Assembly: GCA_963664305.2 (NCBI GenBank)
Contig: CAXXLV010000002.1
Coordinates: forward strand, 1,088,001-1,152,000
Origin: an uncultured Aliarcobacter sp.
GTDB taxonomy: Bacteria; Campylobacterota; Campylobacteria; Campylobacterales; Arcobacteraceae
Length of the DNA: 64,000 nucleotides
Direction of reading: 5' to 3'
Shown: positions 14,500 to 25,600 of the stretch, piece by piece
How the letters are laid out: each line of letters begins with the position of its first letter
Numbering within the stretch: position 1 is the first letter of the stretch
Notes under the pieces: model-generated
What the model was told of the DNA's origin: nothing
The model's database searches: none
Seen by the model: the letters and a program-made list of their open reading frames with translations, nothing else
Position numbers and translations under genes: made by a program

Positions 14500-15685
14500 C
14501 TTCTCTCTTTTTTAATATTGTTTCATATCCTATTTGAGGTTGCTTTGGAACCAAAAATGACAAAGTAAAAGAACAAAATGCAATAACTGCTCCAATAATA
14601 AATACTAAAGAATTAGAATAGAGCCAAACTAAACCTAAAAGAGCTGGTAAAAAAACTGCTGCAATATGATTTATCGTAAAACTCACTGCACTTGCACTTG
14701 AAATATCACTTGGATTTGCTATTTTTTGAAAATATGTTTTTAAAGCAATAGCCATAGAAAATAGTAAATGGTCAATAATATATAAAACAAAAGCAAAATA
14801 TACATTATCTACAAAAGCATAAGATGTAAATACTAACATTAGCCCAATGTATTCAATTTTTAAAGTAACTTTTTCTCCAAAAGCAACTATAAATTTTCCA
14901 ATTTTTGGAGCCAGATACATATTCAAAACAGAATTCACAAATAACAATAAAACCATATTATGAATATCAACACCAAATTTTTCTACAAGTAAAAATCCTG
15001 CAAATACAACAAATATCTGTCTTCTTGCACCTGAGAGAAAAGTAAGTAAATAAAAAAGCCAATACTCTTTTTTTACTCTGATTTTTTTATCTTGAATAAC
15101 TGTCTCTTTAAAATGCGTGAATAAATACCAAGAAAAAATTCCTAATAAAAATGTAAAACCACCAAATATTAAATACACATATTTGTACTCCATAGCCAAA
15201 TAGTTCATAAAAAGATAAATTAATATAAAAACTAAAAGTCCAGCGAAAGATTTTGCTGCACTTAATTTTCCTAAAATAATTGGAGCTTTATTTTTATCTA
15301 ACCATTGTAAAGATAAAGATTGATTTAAAGTCTCTAAATAGTGAAATCCAACAGACATAATAATTGTTGTAATATAAAGTCCAATTGGTGTTGGGAAATA
15401 TCCAGTTAATGCTGTTCCTAATCCTAAAAGCATAATAGATAAATAAACTAATCTTTGTTGGGCAATAAAAGCTAAAACCAATAAAACTGTAAAGGCTAAA
15501 AATCCTGGAATTTCTCTTAGACTTTGTAAAATTCCTATTTGACTTCCATCAAAAGATGCAACTTCAACAGTAAAATTATTTAGTAAACTTGTCCAAGCAC
15601 TAAAAGATACCACCATTGAAATTGTCATTACATAAAGTAAAGCTTCCTTTGAAGTAAAAATTCTATCAAAAAGTGTTTTTTTCAA
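14489..15685 (-). CDS. MFS transporter
   Basis: About 12 TM segments; SLREIPGFLAF and GARRQIF motifs; TTG start. Confidence 0.85.
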   Translation of the reverse strand: MKKTLFDRIFTSKEALLYVMTISMVVSFSAWTSLLNNFTVEVASFDGSQIGILQSLREIPGFLAFTVLLVLAFIAQQRLVYLSIMLLGLGTALTGYFPTPIGLYITTIIMSVGFHYLETLNQSLSLQWLDKNKAPIILGKLSAAKSFAGLLVFILIYLFMNYLAMEYKYVYLIFGGFTFLLGIFSWYLFTHFKETVIQDKKIRVKKEYWLFYLLTFLSGARRQIFVVFAGFLLVEKFGVDIHNMVLLLFVNSVLNMYLAPKIGKFIVAFGEKVTLKIEYIGLMLVFTSYAFVDNVYFAFVLYIIDHLLFSMAIALKTYFQKIANPSDISSASAVSFTINHIAAVFLPALLGLVWLYSNSLVFIIGAVIAFCSFTLSFLVPKQPQIGYETILKKREDEV

Positions 15686-16395
15686 ATAAGTACGCCAATG
15701 ATTACATTGATTGCTAATGCACTTAAAAGCACTTTTAAAATGATTACAAATTTTTTACCATCAATTTTATCTCTTAATTGTGTTCCAGCCCAACTTCCAG
15801 CAACTGCTCCAATAATCATTACAACTATAATTCCAATATAATCAAAAAATACGAAACCAAAATACATAAATACAAATACTTTTAAAATATGAGTAATACT
15901 CATAAGTGCAGCTCCTGTTGCTACAACTACATCTTTATCTTTATAATCTTTAAGTAAAAGTGTCATAGTAAGTGGTCCAGTTGCACCTACAACCATTGAA
16001 AGTCCAGTTTGAAAAAAACCTGCTAAATAATAATTTTCATATCTTTTGATTTTGTCATTAAATTTTGCTGACCATAAAGAAAGAAGTATATAAATACCAA
16101 TAAATAAAGGCACATATTCTAAAGAAATAAAACTCAAAATACCCATAAAAAAACCAATTCCTAGTAAAGAACCTAACAAAAATTTTGGAATTACTTCAAC
16201 TTTTACATCTTTATATCCAAAAATTGCACGACTTAGATTGCTTGATACTTGTGTTAATCCATGAATTGGGATAAGTGCATTTAAAGGTAAAAATGAAGGT
16301 AATATAACTATAAGCATCATTCCTCCACCAATTCCAACAACTCCTGCAATTGTTGAAGTTAGAAAAGTAATAATTCCAAGAATTAATTCTGTCAT
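15682..16395 (-). CDS. TauE/SafE (sulfite exporter-like) membrane protein
   Basis: GVVGIGGG and VGATGP repeats; multi-TM. Confidence 0.85.
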   Translation of the reverse strand: MTELILGIITFLTSTIAGVVGIGGGMMLIVILPSFLPLNALIPIHGLTQVSSNLSRAIFGYKDVKVEVIPKFLLGSLLGIGFFMGILSFISLEYVPLFIGIYILLSLWSAKFNDKIKRYENYYLAGFFQTGLSMVVGATGPLTMTLLLKDYKDKDVVVATGAALMSITHILKVFVFMYFGFVFFDYIGIIVVMIIGAVAGSWAGTQLRDKIDGKKFVIILKVLLSALAINVIIGVLI

Positions 16396-16490
16396 ATAAA
16401 AATCCTACTAAAAAATTAACGTAAAATACCCAATAAAGCCTTTATTATCAAAAAAGGGTTATAATCAATTTTTAAAAAATAGGAGAAATT

Positions 16491-16739
16491 ATGAAAATAT
16501 TACTAATTGTTACTATATTCTTATCGAATATTTCATTTGCAAATTATGCTTTTACAGGTCAAAATAGTGGACAAATTGATATGCATGGAGGAAAAAGTGA
16601 AAGCCTTTTAAATCAAAAAAATGGTTTATCAAATTCAAATTTTAAAGAAATTGGAATAACTAAACCAATTGCTCCAATTGTACCTGAAACATTAATCAAA
16701 GAAGAGAAAAAAGAAGAAAAGAAGGAAATTACTAAATAA
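16491..16739 (+). CDS. small exported hypothetical protein
   Basis: Strong SD (AGGAG), signal peptide ending SFA, stop overlaps the xth start (TAATG). Confidence 0.7.
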   Translation: MKILLIVTIFLSNISFANYAFTGQNSGQIDMHGGKSESLLNQKNGLSNSNFKEIGITKPIAPIVPETLIKEEKKEEKKEITK

Positions 16740-17527
16740 TGAAAAAACGATATAAATTTATTTCATGGAATGTAAATGGAATAAGAGCTGTTGATAAAAA
16801 AGATGCTTTAAAATGGGTTGATGAACATGATATTCATATTTTAGGAATTCAAGAAACAAAATCTCAAAAAGTACAAATTCCAAAAACAATTTTTAATAAA
16901 GAGTTTAAATCTTTAATAGCTTCTGAATCAAAAATAAAAGGTAGAAGTGGAACAGCACTTTTTACAGATATTGAAACTTTTTTTGAATGTAACTGCCCAA
17001 CTGTTGATATACTTGATGAAGGAAGAATCAATGAAATTCATTTTAATTTAGCAGATAAAAAAATTGCTTTTTTTAATGTATATTTCCCAAATGGTCAAAG
17101 TAGTCAAGAAAGACTTGATTATAAAATGGAGTTTTATGATAGATTTTTAAATCATTGTGAAAATCTAAAAAAAGATGGTTTTTCAATAATTGTGTGTGGT
17201 GATGTAAATACTGCTCATACAGAGATTGATATTGCAAGACCAAAAGCCAATGAAAATACATCTGGTTTTTTACCGATGGAAAGAGATTGGATAACTAAAT
17301 TTTTATCTCATGGTTATATTGATACTTTTAGATTAATCAATGGTGATTTAAAGGATAAATATAGTTGGTGGAGTTATAGAGCAAATGCAAGAGCAAACAA
17401 TGTTGGCTGGAGAATAGATTATTTTTATATAAGTTCTGATTTAAAAGATTTTGTAAAAGAAGCTTTTATTTTAGATAATATTGAAGGAAGTGACCACTGT
17501 CCAATAGGAATTGAAATGGAGTTTTAA
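16739..17527 (+). CDS. xth: exodeoxyribonuclease III (AP endonuclease)
   Basis: SWNVNGIRA, QETK, YFPNG, GDVNTAH, GWRIDY, GSDHCP. Confidence 0.95.
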   Translation: MKKRYKFISWNVNGIRAVDKKDALKWVDEHDIHILGIQETKSQKVQIPKTIFNKEFKSLIASESKIKGRSGTALFTDIETFFECNCPTVDILDEGRINEIHFNLADKKIAFFNVYFPNGQSSQERLDYKMEFYDRFLNHCENLKKDGFSIIVCGDVNTAHTEIDIARPKANENTSGFLPMERDWITKFLSHGYIDTFRLINGDLKDKYSWWSYRANARANNVGWRIDYFYISSDLKDFVKEAFILDNIEGSDHCPIGIEMEF

Positions 17528-19176
17528 CACTTCACTTCAATCCTATTTTTACCATTTGATTTTGCAAGATACATTGCATCATCAGCTCTTGATAAAAACT
17601 CTGTTATTGTATCATTCTCTTTAAAACTTGTTATTCCAATACTTGCTGTTTTATGACCAACTGATTCAAACTTATGAGATGAAATTTTATGTTTTAAATT
17701 TTCTGCTAAAATTAAAACATCATCAATATTTGTTTTTGGACATATAATAATAAACTCTTCTCCACCCCATCGTCCTACAATATCTGTTCTTCTTGTAAAT
17801 TTTGTTAGAATATTAGCAAACTCAATAAGAACTTTATCCCCTACTAAATGTCCATAAGTATCATTAACTTTTTTGAAATCATCAATATCCAATAATATTA
17901 CAGAAAAATCATCTTTATATCTTATATATAAATCTTCATTCATTTTTAAAATCGAGTCAATATTTTTACGATTGTTTAATTTGGTTAAATAATCTGTTGA
18001 AGATAAAATAGTCAATTCTTCTTTTGCTTCTTCCAATTCTCTTGTGTAATTTAGCTTATTTACCATTGAATAAGATAACAATAATAAACATATAAAAATT
18101 GCTATATCACTTGGATACTCTTCCCAAGGAACAAGTCCTGATGCAATTAAAGAAGAATAAAGCCAATAAAGAGAAATTATAAAAAAACTAAATGTAATAA
18201 TTTTTGTCTCTTTATCTCCTGTAAAAAAGAAATAAATCATGAAAATTGTCAAAAGAGGAAGAGTTATAAAATTATAAAAAATATCAAAACATTCGTAAGT
18301 TGAAGGAAGCGTAAAGAATCCTAAAAGAGAACCAAAAATTGCTCCTACCAAATAAACTAAATGAATTTGCCAAATTCTTTTTATCAAATTAAAAGGTATA
18401 TTTCTTTTTATTGTTTTATCCATAAAAAGTGCCATTCCAATAGGAAAAAAGAAAAAGGCTATTGCTAAAATATATTGTTTTAATAAAGGATAGAAAAAGA
18501 ATACTTCTAAAATTTTTGCAGAGAAAAATACATTTAACCCTTGAGTTAAAAACATCAAACCCAAAATAAATAATTCAAATCTTTTAAACTTTGATAAAAA
18601 TGTTAATAAAAAAAGAATTGATACAAAAATAGAGACTGAACCAACCATAATTTTTGGAATATCAAAACTTAACATTTTTTCATATAAATCACCTTTTGAA
18701 GATATAAATATTTCTCCAAAAAGTCCAATATCTTCATAATTTGAAAATATTCTAAAATAGATATATTTCCCTGCATCATTTTGAGAAAGTGGGATTAGAT
18801 GCCAAGGCCAACCTTTATATTCACCTTTTCCTTCTTTATTAAATTCTCCAAAATGATATATTTGTTTATTGTTACTATAAACTTGAGCTATTAAATCTAT
18901 ACTAACTATATATAAATTTGGATCATTAGGTAATACATCCGGAAGTTTTACCCTATACCAAACATTTGTTTGCCCATTTCTGTTATCTGGATTACTTGGA
19001 TATTCTATCTCTTGCCAAGAAGAATCTTCACTATTTAAAGTCCAAAGGGGAATGTTATTTTCAAATGGAGAATCACCCCATCTATATTCCCATTTTACTT
19101 TAGTTAAATCAACTTGTTTTATTTCACTTGCAAAAGAAAAAAATGTTAAAAAAAATATTATCAATAATTTTTTCAT
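17524..19176 (-). CDS. membrane diguanylate cyclase (periplasmic beta-domain + about 7 TM + GGDEF)
   Basis: GGEEF active site with RxxD I-site (RRTD); signal peptide and TM block. Confidence 0.9.
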   Translation of the reverse strand: MKKLLIIFFLTFFSFASEIKQVDLTKVKWEYRWGDSPFENNIPLWTLNSEDSSWQEIEYPSNPDNRNGQTNVWYRVKLPDVLPNDPNLYIVSIDLIAQVYSNNKQIYHFGEFNKEGKGEYKGWPWHLIPLSQNDAGKYIYFRIFSNYEDIGLFGEIFISSKGDLYEKMLSFDIPKIMVGSVSIFVSILFLLTFLSKFKRFELFILGLMFLTQGLNVFFSAKILEVFFFYPLLKQYILAIAFFFFPIGMALFMDKTIKRNIPFNLIKRIWQIHLVYLVGAIFGSLLGFFTLPSTYECFDIFYNFITLPLLTIFMIYFFFTGDKETKIITFSFFIISLYWLYSSLIASGLVPWEEYPSDIAIFICLLLLSYSMVNKLNYTRELEEAKEELTILSSTDYLTKLNNRKNIDSILKMNEDLYIRYKDDFSVILLDIDDFKKVNDTYGHLVGDKVLIEFANILTKFTRRTDIVGRWGGEEFIIICPKTNIDDVLILAENLKHKISSHKFESVGHKTASIGITSFKENDTITEFLSRADDAMYLAKSNGKNRIEVKC

Positions 19177-19260
19177 AAAAATACTTTCAATTGTTAAATT
19201 AATATAAACATTAAATCATAATTACCTATAATATCCTATAAAATACTAAAAAGAGCAATT

Positions 19261-19803
19261 ATGAAAGATAGTATTATTGAAAGATACGAAAAAAATCTAA
19301 ATAATGAAATAATTATAAAAATATATACTTCAAAAATTGAAAATTTGTATGAAGATTATGACAAAAAGTCTACTTTTATAAAAAAAGATTTAAAAGATGA
19401 TTTAGAAAACTATCTAATTGAAAGTGTTGAAGAAATAGGTAATCATCCATTTACTATAAATTTTTATTTTGATGAAAAAACTGATTTAGCCTCTAATGAA
19501 AGACTAAAAAATAGTATTAAAGAATATTTTGAATATTTACAAGTTCTAGAAAATAAAAAAATGAAAGAACAACTAAAAAACTCTTTTATTTTTCTAATTA
19601 TTGGTTTTATTTTTGTTTCAATATCTTTTAATATTTCAGAAAATGAAGATTTTATTTATAAACTTATTTCAGAAGGTGCAATGGTTGGAGGTTGGGTTTC
19701 ATTATGGGAAGCCTTAGCTACAATTTTAATAAAATGGCTTCCACTAAAAAATAAATTAAAAATCTTTAACAAAATATCAAATGCAAATATAACTTGTATT
19801 TAA
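19261..19803 (+). CDS. hypothetical membrane protein (2 TM)
   Basis: 180-aa ORF with two hydrophobic segments, GGWVSLWEAL. Confidence 0.7.
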   Translation: MKDSIIERYEKNLNNEIIIKIYTSKIENLYEDYDKKSTFIKKDLKDDLENYLIESVEEIGNHPFTINFYFDEKTDLASNERLKNSIKEYFEYLQVLENKKMKEQLKNSFIFLIIGFIFVSISFNISENEDFIYKLISEGAMVGGWVSLWEALATILIKWLPLKNKLKIFNKISNANITCI

Positions 19804-20282
19804 TTTAAAGAATAAAGTACTTTAGAAAGAATATTTTTTAAATTCCTTTTTTCTTCTGTAGTTAAAACTGAAAAAGATTTTTCTACCATAAGTGCTTTAT
19901 TATCCATAATCTCTTCTGTTAATTCTATACCTTTTGGGGTTAAACAGACTAAATTTTTCCTTTTATCATTTGTTACTGAATCTCTTTTTATCAGTCCCCT
20001 ATCTTGAAGTTTTTTCAAAACTTTTGTCATTCCACCTGAAGATAGTATTAAGGCATCATATAATTCTGTTGGAGACATAATATAATCTTTACCGTTGAAA
20101 TATAATGATGCTAAAACATCAATATCTGTATGTAATAAATCATAATTTGTTTTTAAAAAATTCTCTGATTTAACCATTAAATCTTTATTTATTAAAAATA
20201 GTGGTAAAGATAATGCAAATATTTCGCATTTTTTATCTTCTGAAACTCTATTGTAAAAATCATCTATATATTTTTTATTCAT
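19800..20282 (-). CDS. MarR family transcriptional regulator
   Basis: SSGGMTKVLKKL...DKRKNLVCLTPKG wing motif; divergent from the efflux operon. Confidence 0.92.
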   Translation of the reverse strand: MNKKYIDDFYNRVSEDKKCEIFALSLPLFLINKDLMVKSENFLKTNYDLLHTDIDVLASLYFNGKDYIMSPTELYDALILSSGGMTKVLKKLQDRGLIKRDSVTNDKRKNLVCLTPKGIELTEEIMDNKALMVEKSFSVLTTEEKRNLKNILSKVLYSLN

Positions 20283-20312
20283 GAATGTATTTTAACCAAA
20301 AAAATATTAAAT

Positions 20313-20367
20313 TTATCTTTCTAGCAAGATTTATTTAAGAAAGTTTATGTTATCTTTCTAGCAAGAT
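20313..20367. promoter_or_regulatory. two identical 18-bp quasi-palindromic operators (probable MarR sites)
   Basis: TTATCTTTCTAGCAAGAT at 20313-20330 and 20350-20367. Confidence 0.75.
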
Positions 20368-20383
20368 ATTAAAAGGAGTTATT

Positions 20384-21616
20384 TTGAAAAAGATATATTA
20401 TATTTTTTTAACACCGCTTTTTTTATATGGTCAAAATTTGGAGGAATTAGTTAATTTATCTATTCAAAATAGATTAATTAATGCATCTGAACAAAATTTG
20501 GAATCTGTAAAAGATGAATATAAAAGTGTAAAAAGTGGTTATTTACCTAGTTTAGATCTTGGTGGGAAATATGGAATAGCTGAAAAAGAGACACAAAGTT
20601 TAGCTAAAAAAGCAGGAAGTGTTAATGCTAGTTTAAACTATACACTTTATGATGGTGGGAAAAAATCTGATGTTTATGATGGTTATGAATCAACTATCAA
20701 AAGTGGTGAAGAATCTTTAGAATCTTTAAAAAATCAAATCTCTTTAACAGTTACTAACTATTATTTTAATTATTTATCATTAGTAGCTCAAAAAGAAGCA
20801 AAATTAAAAGAAATTGAACAATTAAATTCTCAACTTGAAAGATTAAATAGATTTTTAAATGCAGGAACAACAACTGAAGATGAAGTACAAAAAATAGTTT
20901 CAAGTGTTGAAAATGCAAATGTAAATTTACAAGAAATAGAACTTGAAATAGTTACAATTTTACATAATTTAGAATATATAACTGGTTCAAAAGTAGATAT
21001 TACTTCAGGTTCAAATATAAAAGAATTAGAAGAATTATCAAAAAATGCTGAAAGATTTGATATCAAATCTTTAGAATATGATGTTCAAACAAAACTAAGC
21101 AATGCAAAAGCCCAAAAAAGTGGTTATTTACCAACAATAACACTTGATAATACTTATTCATATTATGATAATAATTTTGACAATAAACTTTACGAAAGTA
21201 ATGCTTTAGATCACCAAAATGTTGCTTCTGCAAATTTATCTTGGAATATTTTTTCATTTGGTGAAACAAAATATAAATATGAATCTGCGTACAAATCATA
21301 TTTAGCATCAAAATTAAATTATGAATATGAAAAAAATAAGGCAAATGTTGATTTACAACTAGCTATTAGAGCTTATGAAATTTCAAAATCAAAAATTAAA
21401 TCTGCTGAAGCAAATTTAAAAGCTGCAGAAAGTGCATATGAAGTAATAAAATCAAAATTTGAAAATGGTTTAGTTGACAATGTTGCATATTTACAAAGTC
21501 TTAGTGAAAAATTTGACGCAGTAAGTCAATTAAAAACATCTATAAATGATTTAGAAATAAAAAAAGCAAATATTATTTATAACAGTGGTAAAAAATTAGA
21601 GGAGTATATAAAATGA
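20384..21616 (+). CDS. TolC family outer-membrane efflux protein
   Basis: Duplicated YLPSL/YLPTI OEP repeats; first gene of the RND operon; TTG start after SD. Confidence 0.9.
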   Translation: MKKIYYIFLTPLFLYGQNLEELVNLSIQNRLINASEQNLESVKDEYKSVKSGYLPSLDLGGKYGIAEKETQSLAKKAGSVNASLNYTLYDGGKKSDVYDGYESTIKSGEESLESLKNQISLTVTNYYFNYLSLVAQKEAKLKEIEQLNSQLERLNRFLNAGTTTEDEVQKIVSSVENANVNLQEIELEIVTILHNLEYITGSKVDITSGSNIKELEELSKNAERFDIKSLEYDVQTKLSNAKAQKSGYLPTITLDNTYSYYDNNFDNKLYESNALDHQNVASANLSWNIFSFGETKYKYESAYKSYLASKLNYEYEKNKANVDLQLAIRAYEISKSKIKSAEANLKAAESAYEVIKSKFENGLVDNVAYLQSLSEKFDAVSQLKTSINDLEIKKANIIYNSGKKLEEYIK

Positions 21617-22671
21617 TAAAAAAATCATTAGTTGCAATTTCTTTCCTTTTTTTAGGATATAACGGTTTAATTGCAGAAGAAACAAAAGCAGCAACTGAAG
21701 CACCAGCTTTACCTGTACAAACTTTTAAAATTTTAAAACAAGATAATACAACAAATAAAACTTATCCAACTATTTTAAAAGCTTATGAACAAGTAAATGT
21801 TATGGCTAGAGTTCAAGGAACATTAATAGAAAAACATTTTAAAGAGGGAGATTTTGTAAAAAAAGGAACTTTACTTTATAAAATCGAACCTGATACTTAT
21901 TTAGCAAATTTAAATATGAAAAAAGCTGAATATACAAAAGCAAAAAAAGATTATGAAAGAGCAAAATCTTTAATAACTTCAAAATCTATTAGTCCACAAG
22001 CTTATGATGATTATGTATATCAATACGAAAGTTCAAAAGCAGCACTTGATGAAGCACAAATTAGTTTAAACTATACAAATGTAAAAGCACCAATTGATGG
22101 TATTGTAGGAATTAAAAAATTTGATATTGGAGATTTAGTAGGGAAAAATGATGATAATTCATTACTTCTTACAATTACAAATACAAATCCAATTCATGCA
22201 GAATTTTCTTTACCAAAAAATGACATGAATGAGTTTTTATCTCAAATAAAAAGTAAAAATGTAAAAATCAAATTAATTGCTGATAACAAAACTTATGAAA
22301 ATGGAGAGATTGATTTTATTGCTCCAACAATAGACACAAATACTGATACTTTACTTTTAAGAGCAAAATTTGAAAATCCAAACAATGAATTAATCGTTGG
22401 GAATTTTACAAAAATTGAAATCTCAAATTTATCTTTAGGTGATGTTTATGTTGTTCCTGAAAATGCTGTATTAAAAACTGCACAAGCAAATATTGTTTTT
22501 GTGGTTGATGAAAATAATATAGCAAAAGTTAGACCTGTAGTAACTGGAAATTTAGTAAAAGATGGAATAGTTATAAAAAGTGGGTTAAAACCTGATGAAC
22601 AAATTGTAACTAGTAATTTTGCAAAATTAAGACCTGATACAAAAGTTCAAATTGTAAATAAAGAGAAATAA
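21613..22671 (+). CDS. RND efflux periplasmic adaptor (MFP)
   Basis: ARVQG...EGDFVKKGTLLYKI lipoyl-like domain; YTNVKAPIDG. Confidence 0.93.
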   Translation: MIKKSLVAISFLFLGYNGLIAEETKAATEAPALPVQTFKILKQDNTTNKTYPTILKAYEQVNVMARVQGTLIEKHFKEGDFVKKGTLLYKIEPDTYLANLNMKKAEYTKAKKDYERAKSLITSKSISPQAYDDYVYQYESSKAALDEAQISLNYTNVKAPIDGIVGIKKFDIGDLVGKNDDNSLLLTITNTNPIHAEFSLPKNDMNEFLSQIKSKNVKIKLIADNKTYENGEIDFIAPTIDTNTDTLLLRAKFENPNNELIVGNFTKIEISNLSLGDVYVVPENAVLKTAQANIVFVVDENNIAKVRPVVTGNLVKDGIVIKSGLKPDEQIVTSNFAKLRPDTKVQIVNKEK

Positions 22672-22673
22672 TT

Positions 22674-25600
22674 ATGATTTCTTCATTTTTTATAAGAAAA
22701 CCAGTATTTGCTGGTGTTTTATCAATTATAATATTTTTAACGGGAATAATTGCAATGTTCAATTTACCAATTGAACAATATCCAAGAGTTTTGCCGCCTC
22801 AAATTATTGTAAGTACTTCATATCCAGGAGCAAGTGCAGATACTATTGCAAAAACTGTTGCTGCTCCACTTGAAGAAAAAATAAATGGTGCAAAAAATAT
22901 GCTTTATATGAACTCTATTGCAGAGGATAGTGGAAGATTAAGTATTAATATATTTTTTGAAATTGGAACTGATCCAGATAGTGCAAAGATTGATGTAAAT
23001 AACAGAGTTCAAGCAGCTTTATCAAAAATGCCTGAACAAGTACAAAGACAAGGTGTTGTTGTAGGTGAAAGAAGTCCAAGTATTTTGATGTTTGCTATGC
23101 TTCAATCTCCAAATAATACTTATGATTCAATATATTTATCAAATTATGCTTTATTAAACTTAGTTGAATCATTAAAAAGGGTTAAAGGAGTTGGAGATGC
23201 AATGATTTTTGGGGCAAAAGATTATTCTATTAGAATCTGGATGGACCCTTTAAAATTATCAAAATATTCTCTTGCTACAACTGATGTTATAAATGCAATA
23301 AAAGAACAAAATAATCAATATGCAGCTGGAAAAATTGCAGCTGAGCCAATTGATCAAAAACAAATGTATACATATACGATCAGAACTCCACAAAGATTTG
23401 AAAATCCTGCTCAATTTGGAAATATTGTAATTAGAGCAAATGAAGATGGGAGTACTTTAAAACTAAAAGATATTGCAACTGTTGAATTAGGAGCAAGTGA
23501 TTATAGTGTTCAGACAAGATTAAATGGTTCTCCATCAATTCCTATTGGAGTATTTTTACAAAGTGGGGCAAACTCTTTAGAAACTGCAGCTGCAATTAAA
23601 AGAGCTTTAGAAGATGCTAGTAAAAATTTCCCAGAAGATATGACATATAGTATTCCTTATGATAGTACAGATTTTATTTCTGCTTCTATTCATGATGTTG
23701 TTAAAACTTTTGTTGAAGCACTATTACTTGTTATTTTAATTATTTTTATTTTCCTACAAAGCTGGAGAGCAACTATTATTCCATTTATTGCCGTTCCTGT
23801 ATCAATTGTTGGTGCATTTGCTGGAATGTATGCTTTAGGATTTAGTATCAACTTACTGACTCTATTTGGTTTAGTTCTAGCAATTGGTATCGTTGTTGAT
23901 GATGCTATTATTGTTATTGAAAATATTGAAAGACATATGGAAGAAGGAAAAACTCCAAAAGAAGCTGCATTTATTGCGATGAAGGAAGTAACTGGAGCTT
24001 TAATTGCTATTATTTTAGTTTTAGGTGCTGTATTTATCCCTGTTGCATTTATGGGTGGATTAAGTGGAGAAATGTATAGACAATTTGCCATTACTATTGT
24101 TATTTCAGTTATTATTTCTGGATTTGTTGCTTTAACATTAACACCTGCTCTTTGTGTAAAAATTTTAAAAAATAAAAAACATGAGCCAAAAGGTTTTTTC
24201 AAATGGTTTAATACTATGTTTGAAAAAGCAACAAAAGGTTATTCTTCATTAGTTAAAAAAAGTATTAGATTCTCATTAATATCTATTTTATTATATGCTG
24301 GATTAGTGTTTGTATCTTGGGATATGTTTAAATCAATGAAAACTGGACTTCTTCCAGATGAAGACCAAGGAACAATTTTCGTATTTGGATTTAACCCTCC
24401 TGGATATTCTATGTCAAAATCTTTAGAATTAAGTGAAGAGATAAATAAAATTATTGCAAATGACCCAAGTGTTAATAATATCATTACACTTGCAGGTTAT
24501 GACTTTACAACTTCTGCTCAAAGAAGTCATACAGTTGCAACAATTATTAAATTAAAAAACTGGAGTGAAAGACCAAATCCAGATCAAGAAGCAAAAGCAC
24601 TTTTAGCTAAATTTAGTAAACAATTAATGGGAACAAGCGAAGGATTCTCTTTTGCCGTTGTTCCACCTCCTATTATGGGTATGAGTGTTACTGGTGGATT
24701 TGATATGTATATTCAAGATAGAAAAGGTGGTTCTATTGAAGATTTAGGAAATATCGTAAATCAAGTAATAGAAAAAGCTAAAACTAGACCTGAATTAATG
24801 GGAGTTAGAACAGCGTTAACTGCCAATATTCCTCAATTTAAAATCGATGTAGATATTGAAAAAGCAAAAGCAAAAGGTGTAAGTGTAAGTGATATTTATA
24901 GTACAATAAATGCCACTTTTGGAAGCTACTATGTAAATGATTTTTCACTTTATGGAAGAAGTTATAGAGTAAATCTACAAGCAAAAGATGAATTCAGAAA
25001 TAATGTTGATGATTTCCAATATGTTTATGTAAGATCTTCAACTGGTGAACTTTTACCAATCAACTCATTTATAACTTATAAAAAAGTTGTTGGTGCTGAT
25101 ATTGTTGAAAGATTTAACCTTTTCCAAGCAGCAAAAGTTTCAGGGCAACCTGCACCTGGATATAGTTCAGGAGATTCTTTAAAAGCTATAGAAGAAGTTG
25201 CAAAAGAAGTTTTACCAGAAGGTTATACAATCAGCTGGACAGGAACTGCTTACCAAGAAAAACAAGTTGGTGGAAGTTCTGCTCAAGCATTTATATTTGG
25301 TCTTGTATTTTTATTCTTAATTCTTTGTGCACTTTATGAAAGATGGTTATTACCAATTTCTGTAGTTTTAGCTGTACCATTTGCAATTTTTGGAGCAATT
25401 CTTGCTACAAATTTAAGACACTTAGATAATAATATCTATTTCCAAATTGGACTTTTAGTTCTTGCTGGACTTGCAGCTAAAAATGCAATTTTAATTGTTG
25501 AATTTGCTTTACAAAAACAAAAAGAGGGACTAAAACTAATTGATGCTGCTATTGAAGCTGCAAAAGTAAGACTTAGACCAATTATTATGACTTCATTAGC

